NCBI GenBank assembly: GCA_012295275.1
Contig: CM022665.1
Coordinates: 27,156,001 to 27,220,000 of the forward strand
From: Chrysomallon squamiferum
Lineage: Eukaryota; Animalia; Mollusca
Direction of reading: 5' to 3'
Length of the DNA stretch: 64,000 nt
Positions within the stretch are counted from its first letter, which is position 1, and every line of letters starts with the position of its first letter. Below, in pieces: positions 55,817-64,000 of this stretch. The translations under genes were made by a program, and so were the position numbers. The notes beneath the pieces were generated by a model. That model saw only the letters and a program-made list of their open reading frames with translations, had not been told where the DNA came from and ran no database searches.

Positions 55817-57612
55817 CAACCATGACATAGTTCGATGGAAAACAATTTATTTTTGAAGGGGTCTGTTGTTCGGAAATAGTAAAGAGACATTTCAAAAAAA
55901 AAAATTTTTTTTTTTTTTTTTTTTTTGTGTATGTACGTGTTTGTTTTGTTTTTTGTCAACCGCTTTCGGTAAGGAAGAACATTTATGCTGGTTATTCAAA
56001 TGAAAATGAGTCTGAATTTTTGTTTGGTCGAAACTTTTTTAATAGGAAAAATGTTCGCAGAATTAAACACGTGAGTGTAAAAAATGACATATGAAAGAAC
56101 ATAGATTTCTTTTCAAAATGATCATTTTTTTTTTTTTTTTTAAATCGAAGAAAAGTTTGTTTCGGAATCTTGATGAACATGATTTAAACCGAAAATTCTG
56201 TATTCTTTCGCGAAAAAATACCGATCAAGCACACTCTTTTAAAAGAGCAATTTCAGCACCTTCTAGTGAACACGAAGATTATTTTGTTGGGTGTCTTGGG
56301 GAAAAATCGGAGCGGGTTAAAAGACGGTCAGAAATGAACTTCAACGGCGATCTAAGCTCTCACCAAGCAAGTGTAGCTCATTGAGGAAACAACTAACGAC
56401 GAACCTGTATTTTGAAATATATCTTGAAAAATAATAGAATAAAGCAATAAAGGGGACACTAATATTTAATTTAATTTAATTTAATTACTTATTTGAGCTT
56501 CAGATGTTAAATTATTATTTTTTGTTCTAGAAATTTGGTGTTAGTGATTTCAAGGGAGGTAATTTGTTATCGCTGTTTGCGGATTTTAGCCAGTTTGAGT
56601 TTGACTTTAACATTAGGTTGTTTTTAACCTACATTTCGGTTTATTCTTGTTAATAGTTGCATATATTTTCATAAATACTTTTCTTATACTAGGTTGGTCA
56701 ATTGAACCTTATCTAGCCCAGCATATGGGACGAGCTTAGTCATTTGATACACACCCTTCCAGTCCACATACCCAACTATGTTGTTGCTTTGAAGTAAGTA
56801 TGTCTTGTCGTTCTAAATAAAATGATGTTTAAAAAATCGGATTATGATTATGCATTTTGTTGCATTTTAAAATATTGAGGAAAAATGTCCAAAACTTCAG
56901 CTTAAGAGCCATTTCTGGTGAGCAAAATCAGGTCTAGGCATGGATCTGGCAAAAATAAGCAGTATCTATATATGTTAAATGCTTGAAGTCTGGGCATTTT
57001 CAAGCTTTTGTGTATAAAACTTTTAAAGATAAGAGCAGTTTCCAAAATCAGCTGTTTGTCAAAACTGTTTTTTCAAATTGATTATTGGAGAACATTACCA
57101 GCCATAGCTTTTGTTGGAGTAATGATAGAAACATATATATATATATATATATACAACAGTGGGTGGGGGAATGACAGTTATTGTTTGAAGATGAAATTTT
57201 GGATGCCAGAATCTATCTATACAAATGTCTGTCTATGCCATTCTCTGCCAGATGATACTTTGCCTAGCTTAGAGCTGGCTACATAGAAGCCAGATGTAGC
57301 CATTAATATTAAATTATTAAAACATTGATTCATTTTTCAGTTGATAATAATTAATAAATGAACTGAGAACATTTCTATGTATGTCCATATAAATATTTGC
57401 CACATGGTCTTTACATTACTTTTCTTCAGAAATCATCTTCATTTTTCTGTTTTTACTTATTTAATAGTGTACACTGCCATCAATATACAAACAGTTATTA
57501 TATTTAAAAAAGAAAAACAACTGTTACAAAAAACACCTTGTTGTGGAAAATAAATAATTAAAAAAAAAACCTCGAAAACCCCCAAAATCTCATTTGAATT
57601 CTTAAATTATAT

Positions 57613-57645
<33 letters not shown>

Positions 57646-58399
57646 TCTAAATCCAAAGTTAACTAGTGGAATTATTATCTTTTTTTGTTGTTGGTCATAT
57701 CATTTACATAAATAGTTAAAAATGGATTATAAAATGAAGAGATTTAAACCATCAAAGTTCAAACCTTCAAAAAGGAAAAAAAGAAAAAGAAAAAACAAAT
57801 TCTGACATACTTGTTTTAAATTTATTTCATATATGATTGATTATAAGTACTGTCTGCAATAGCAGAAAAAAGGGTGACAATGAATACAACAAAAAGAAAA
57901 CAAAACTGACAAACTAATTAGTATAAGAGATACAACGAAATATTAGTACCACTGAGAGTGGATCAAAACTCCACTGGCGACTGGGTTAAACATTTCAATA
58001 ATTAAAATGGTAAAGATAGATCTATACTATATTTGAATAAATAATTTACTTGGAAGCATTTTTTATTTTGCTTACTAGCTGAGTCTGTTACATTTCTACA
58101 AGCATAGGACTATAATTCCACCACCAGCTGTTGATATGTACTATTCAGTGCAATTAAAACAAACCAGATTAATTCCCTTTACATTTATGTTCTTGATTGT
58201 CTATATTTACTTAAGAAACTTAAGTTTCCAATTGTCATTAGTATTCATAAACTATATAATGCTAGTATACCACCAAAAGTGCTGAATATAATTTAGTCTT
58301 AGAATGGTTAAATTGAAGAAGATTAATACTGCTTGAAAAAAAAGAGGTATTTGTCAAAGATTATAAGGTAAGTTTTACCATCACCAAATCACTTTAAAA

Positions 58400-58438
<39 letters not shown>

Positions 58439-60392
58439 TTTTTTTTCTTTATGCAGTAGTTAAATATGGTATCAAAATGTAATATTTAATTTTAAACTGT
58501 CAGTATATAAATTAACAACACAATTATTACAGGTAGTTTACTAAGAAGGCTTTTAAATACATTAATATTACATATGTATCAAACATTCCAATTTAAATAC
58601 ATCTAAAAACATATTTACTCAAAATACATTAAATATAAGCTACTAATAGAAAATCCATGGGCCACAAGCACAACAGAAACTATGAAAAAATTAAATTCTC
58701 ATCAAATTAATGTTGTGATGTAAAAGCACAAATGTTAATTAAATCTTTAAATAGAAAAATCAACTTCAGAAAGAAATGATAAAAAATATACGGATCAAAA
58801 AACTTTGTGTTAGTAAACAGCAATCATAAAATAAACATGTATTTTAAGTAAAGGCAAAAAATGCAAATATTACTACTTATAACAGTAGTAACTGTGTATC
58901 TCCTGAATCAGTCAACTGTGTCAGCACAGAATTATGGTTATGTTAGGAGAGAAAAAACAACAAAAAAACCAACCTGTAAAGTATGGTAATATATTTTTTT
59001 ATGATTGCAAAAACATGTACATTGAACAAAATTAATTATTTTATGTATTATTTTTGGGAGAAGGAAAACTGCATATAATTAGGACAATTATTGTAACTTT
59101 ATTATATTTATTACAAATATATAAAATGCTGATTTTTCTTTTAATGTATAAGATGTATTATCATTTTTTCTTCTATGAAAAGTGTTTAAAATATTGTAAC
59201 ATGGAATTATGTAAAAAAATATTTTTAACTGAGAAAAAAAAAAAAAAAAAAAAAATAAAAAAAAAGAGTATTTCCTATCAGTAATCATAATTTTTATCTA
59301 CTGTTTGCATATATTTCAATATATCCTGTGGTTTAAATTATAGTAATTGTTTTCTCAGATATTTCCCAAACAAGTCCCTAAGAACCAACAGTAAAGTGAA
59401 AGAATAGTTAAAATTTCTAATACTACAATACACACTATTTTATTGATGCTTTATTTTATAAACAGAACAACACACTATTTAACTGGTAAATAAGTATTTT
59501 TAAAAAAATATTATAATATATAAAATGTCTTTTTTTTTTCTTTTTTTTTTCCCTTTTCCAAAAGAAAAATAAACCAATATATTCACTTACCAGAATATTC
59601 ACAAACAACTAACAATAGTTGTGGTTTTAAATTGCAGTGAGCAATGAAGTTAACAGAAATCCACATTAACAGCAAAATTGTAGAATGGTAATTGGACAAA
59701 TACATAGTTTATTATTAAACATTAACTGTGGAAAAAAAAAAAAAAACCCATCTTTAAACATTGCATCAGAAATGTGTAAACCAATCACAAATATGCATAA
59801 AGATTTTATAACACTCAATAACAAGTTCCTTGCCATGTTAATTAAACAAAATAATAACATCACATGTTAGGCTTAATTTAAATGCTTAAATATGTACTGT
59901 ATGAAAAATGTATTTTAATTAAGCCAAAACCAAATTTAAAGTTTTTAATATTGGTAAACAGACCATTTTCAAGCCAGAATTAATTATATTTTTTAACAAA
60001 TAAACAACCATTGTAGCAAATAATTTATAACTTTTTTAATTCCTAGATTTAAAAACCAGAGCTAATTTTAATTCACACTACAATGTGCAAAAACGGCAAG
60101 TTACAAAACGAAAAGTTAACCTGTGCCAATTTCATCATTTTTGTTACATGCAAATACATTAAATTGGATTCAAAAAGATAGGAGGTTAATGTCATGAGTC
60201 TTTAAAGATAGCCAAACAGAATCTATTCCATCAGACTAGATTTTATAACAGTGTCTTCATGTACAATAAGCACGACACAAAAATTGTATAACAAGGGTTG
60301 ACAACATTAATGTGAAAAATCAAAGAGAGTCGAGTAAGATGTGGCTCTTGTTCTGTTGCTCTCACATCAGCATGCTGAAACTTCAACACCTC

Positions 60393-62002
60393 TCACGAAT
60401 ACATAGTGATCTGGGTGAACTAAAAACAAAAAAATAATAAAAAAATAAACAAATAAATAAATAAAATTATAAAATCAAAATCAGAAAATATTAATGATTA
60501 AAAATTATCTTGATAAAGATATGCTTGTAAATACATAGTCAAATGAATGAACTTCTGAAAAACAAACACTACATGAATAAATTATTAATTCATATTAATA
60601 ATATTATTTTTTATTTTATTTTTGTTTAATTGAAGAAAAATGATTTATTCTGTAATATAGTGTTCTGGTAAAAAAAAAAACCATTTATTCTTCACAAATT
60701 ATTTCAATACCATATATGAAATACTCACAGTTTCAATATCAATAGCAGCAACTCCCTGGCCTTGCTGATCCAGTGACTTGAATGAAGCTGAATAATAGTA
60801 ATAATTTAATCTTATTTATAATATTATCAAAAACCGGGCAATTCATTTTGTACCAATTCTTCACTACTAATTACTTTTCAAAACATCTTTTAATTGATTA
60901 TTATCATAATTATCCATAATCATACCAATACAGTCCCAGTGAGTATATATATCACATCAATATTATAATGTAAAGCAATTTTAGTCTTTTAAAAATATTT
61001 TTTACAAACTTACATGAACAAAACATTTTAAATTTTGTTTTATTTATTTGTATGTTTTTCTTCTTTTTCTTCATGCTAAGGACTACAACAACATTATAAT
61101 GTATAGGAATAAAACTAATATTAACCAAATATTTTGAATTTGATTTGTTTTGGTTGTAGGTTTATTTTATTTATTTATTTATTTATTTTTTTAATGCTAA
61201 TTGCTTCAACATTGTGAGAAAGTACAGAAATTTTCAACATAGATTATAAGCTGAAACAAGCGATCACTTACACAGCATGGTTTTCAGTCGAACAGCACAA
61301 GCAATGAAGTCACCAAAGTCAATCTGACCCTCTTTGTTACTGTACCTCATAACCAGAGACCTTAGAGTTTGATTACTTCAGGTAAAAACCTGGGGAAAAA
61401 AATACAGTAAATTTATTTTATAAAATACATAATGATCAATAAACGCTTTTATCAGAATAACAAAATGTTAGGATCACAGCTTTTCTCTTTAAGTAAAATT
61501 ATCTTACCAACAGAATTAAGAGCACTTCTCAGTTCAAATGAACTAAGATTTCCACTCTGATCCTTATCAAACTGCTTGAACACTCCCTGTTAAAAAGAAA
61601 AACAGACAATAATAATTATAATATATATATATATATATATATTTAATTTAAATATTTTTTGGATGTTAACTATCTGAAATAATACAATAAATTTTAAACA
61701 CATACACACACACACACACACACAAAATAAAATATTTATAAATCTACAGTTTCACAAATTTCCGTTTTCTGTTTATGTGACTTACTTTCCATCTCCTAAG
61801 ATCAGCCCACAGAGATTTGAATTCATCATAGCCAAGCTTTCCAGACAAATCACCCTGTGCATTGGTTAAGGATTATTGTAAAATATAAACTATTTCACCT
61901 TTAAAAATAAATAATAAGACATCTCATTATTTTACAAAATATAACATTATAAATAATAACAACAGCAATAACAATAACAGTAACAATAATAACAATAATA
62001 AC

Positions 62003-62034
<32 letters not shown>

Positions 62035-62190
62035 CTTCACCAAAAACAATGAAAAACCTTAAAATATGAAGAAAGCCAAAACAGTCTTCACCCATTTAAA
62101 ATAAAACATTCTAGAACAACCAAAAAGATACATCATGCATTGCAACCATGCTTCTAACCATATCCAGGGGGAAGCCATCAAAGGCAAACT
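60393..62190 (-). CDS. Classical calpain, 3' part (penta-EF-hand domain); the 5' end lies beyond the window; one exon carries a +1 frameshift
   Basis: Exons 62190-62132 (EFAFDGFPLDMVRSMVAMHD), 61854-61786 (GDLSGKLGYDEFKSLWADLRRWK), 61586-61508 (GVFKQFDKDQSGNLSSFELRSALNSVG), 61389-61272 (F(Y)L/SNQTLRSLVMRYSNKEGQIDFGDFIACAVRLKTML), 60787-60729 (SFKSLDQQGQGVAAIDIET), 60419-60393 (FTQITMYS*). Exon sizes 69/79/118/59 compare with the 69/79/117/59 pattern of calpain PEF exons. Confidence 0.88.
61855..62131 (-). other. U12-type (minor spliceosome) GT-AG intron in the calpain
   Basis: Donor GAT|GTATCTTTT. Branch site TCCTTAAC (61872-61865) ends 10 nt before the 3' splice junction. No polypyrimidine tract. 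Confidence 0.88.
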
Positions 62191-64000
62191 CTGTAAAAAT
62201 AAAAAAATATAAAAAGTTATTTCGCTGAAATCAGAAGCTTTTAACATTTCTAAAAACATCTATATTTTTTAACAGGGTTTAATGCATTGTTAACACGATA
62301 TATTAAAAACTGCACAAGAAGGTTTACAACTAACCATTGATATTCAATAAAACAATTTTTTTAAAGTAAACAAAGTTCTTATTTAATCTTATTATTGAAG
62401 AAAAAATACAAAGTTTTCATAAAATGAAATGTTAAAAAATATCTAAATATAATACATATGAAGTTTTTATTTTAAAAAGGCATAATTGCAGTTTGCTGAG
62501 AACAAGAACAGGTCTATACACCCCACCTCAGTTCTTTTCATTTCTCAATCTGTGTGCTGTTTCTCTCTAACTCTCCAATAAACAGATTTTTCATGCATAA
62601 ATATTGTAAAGCATCTAATAACTAAGTTTGGCTAAAACCCTCTTCATAAATAAACTACTATCATGTATAAACTTCTTGTGTAATCAAGCTGAAATATAAC
62701 AACATTCTTCAGCTGAAAGAAACAATGAAATTATCTACACTGGAAAAAACAAAACAATAATAATAATAATAATTAAAAAAAACAAAACAATAATAATAAT
62801 AAAAAAAAAGTAAATATAACCCCCCCCCCCAAAAAACAACAACATACTGATCATAACATCATAAAATTAAAACAACACCTGCTTTTGTAGCAAAATTGTT
62901 TCACACATCTTTAAATTTAAATGCTTTTAAACATATTTTAAGATCAATACTAGGATGTATACTACTGTAATAATTATTGCTGTATATAACTGAAGTGATA
63001 TGTACAACATCTGAATTTTACAATGGTTATATGTTGATGTACATAATTATTATACACTGAAATATACAGACATTATGAAGGAAACTGTTACTTGGCAAAC
63101 AGAGACATATTAAAAATACAACCAAGAATTTTCTGTTGAATTTAATGCGAAGAATATTTGTTTGTTTTTTAAATTGTTTAACACTATCTAAATGTGTCTT
63201 CAATCAGAAACAGTGACATAAATAAAAAGAGATTACGAAAGAAAGTTAAATCTTCATAAACTGATAAAAAAAAAAATTAACCTGATTACAAAAACTGTGC
63301 ATATATGTAAAAAATAAAAATAAAAACAAAAGCCTTCTTAGGCACAACAAATTAAAAAAAAAAAAATTTACATTACCTTTGGAAAGATGAAATAAAAATC
63401 TAACATCAAAAGGGTTAACATTGTTGAAATAATATCAGTATTATAGGCAGGTGATGTAAATACATTTATGTGATAAAATACTGGGTACATGTATAATTGT
63501 GCTGTTTATAATAAAATCATCTAGATATACATACACATATATTTAAATTATCAGCCATGCAGTATGTAAAATTATGAGCATTTCACATTTCAAAATTATC
63601 TCATAATGAAAGTACAGAATACAACAAACAAGATAATGTGCTCAATTTAACTGAAATATAAATACTGTTGTATATTTGAAAGAATATATATCATATTAAA
63701 TGAAAGATAAAACACCCATTTAGGTTATATATGAAATTACTGGGACTATATTTTATTGAAGGTAAATCTCATCAACACATTATTTACTGAAGGAGAGTAA
63801 AAAAAAATAGAGTAAAAATATGCTATTAAACCACAACAAAATGGTTTTAATTAATATTTCACATAGATAAATAAATAAATAAGATTATGAAATATGAAAT
63901 AAAAAGGAAAGGGAAAAAAATTATGAAATTATTATTTTAAATAACTGTGGTTAAAAATATATGCTAAAAATTTATTATTTTTAATTGTGTTCTTTTTTGA

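Noticed and set aside
59585-59700. Strong minus-strand donor CTG|GTAAGT downstream of the calpain stop
   Set aside because: No upstream acceptor or coding-like frame found; probably chance within the 3' UTR.
61378-61380. In-frame TGA (selenocysteine or readthrough) as the explanation for the calpain exon anomaly
   Set aside because: It needs a weak donor (TCT|GTTGGT) instead of the strong GTAAGA and loses the conserved G-F-x-L motif; a 1-nt insertion is simpler.

Overview
AT-rich, intron-dense eukaryotic (animal) DNA, probably molluscan. That assignment is inferred from decayed tRNA-headed SINE fragments and a mosaic CpG pattern. Most short ORFs in the track are microsatellite or AT artefacts. 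Manual spliced reconstruction with phase-consistent junctions gives these elements in order: GPR137-family 7TM protein (minus, 7 exons, 441 aa); mitochondrial isoleucyl-tRNA synthetase IARS2 (plus, 23 exons, 996 aa), head-to-head with GPR137; RAB3GAP2 (minus, 34 exons, ~1419 aa), tail-to-tail with IARS2; a CpG-retaining block (~46.7-57 kb) holding a degenerate hAT transposon, an unrecognised 2-exon gene (~403 aa) and a small ORF; and the 3' penta-EF-hand exons of a calpain (minus). Notable observations: (1) IARS2 has two GC-AG introns, and one donor has a 155-bp templated intronic copy that reads GT and is flanked by a 12-bp duplication. (2) The calpain has a U12-type intron and a +1 frameshift. 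(3) RAB3GAP2 has a candidate in-frame cassette exon. (4) The IARS2-RAB3GAP2 pair matches the human 1q41 arrangement. (5) The orphan protein has a possible myristoylation start and a faint Arpin-like motif.
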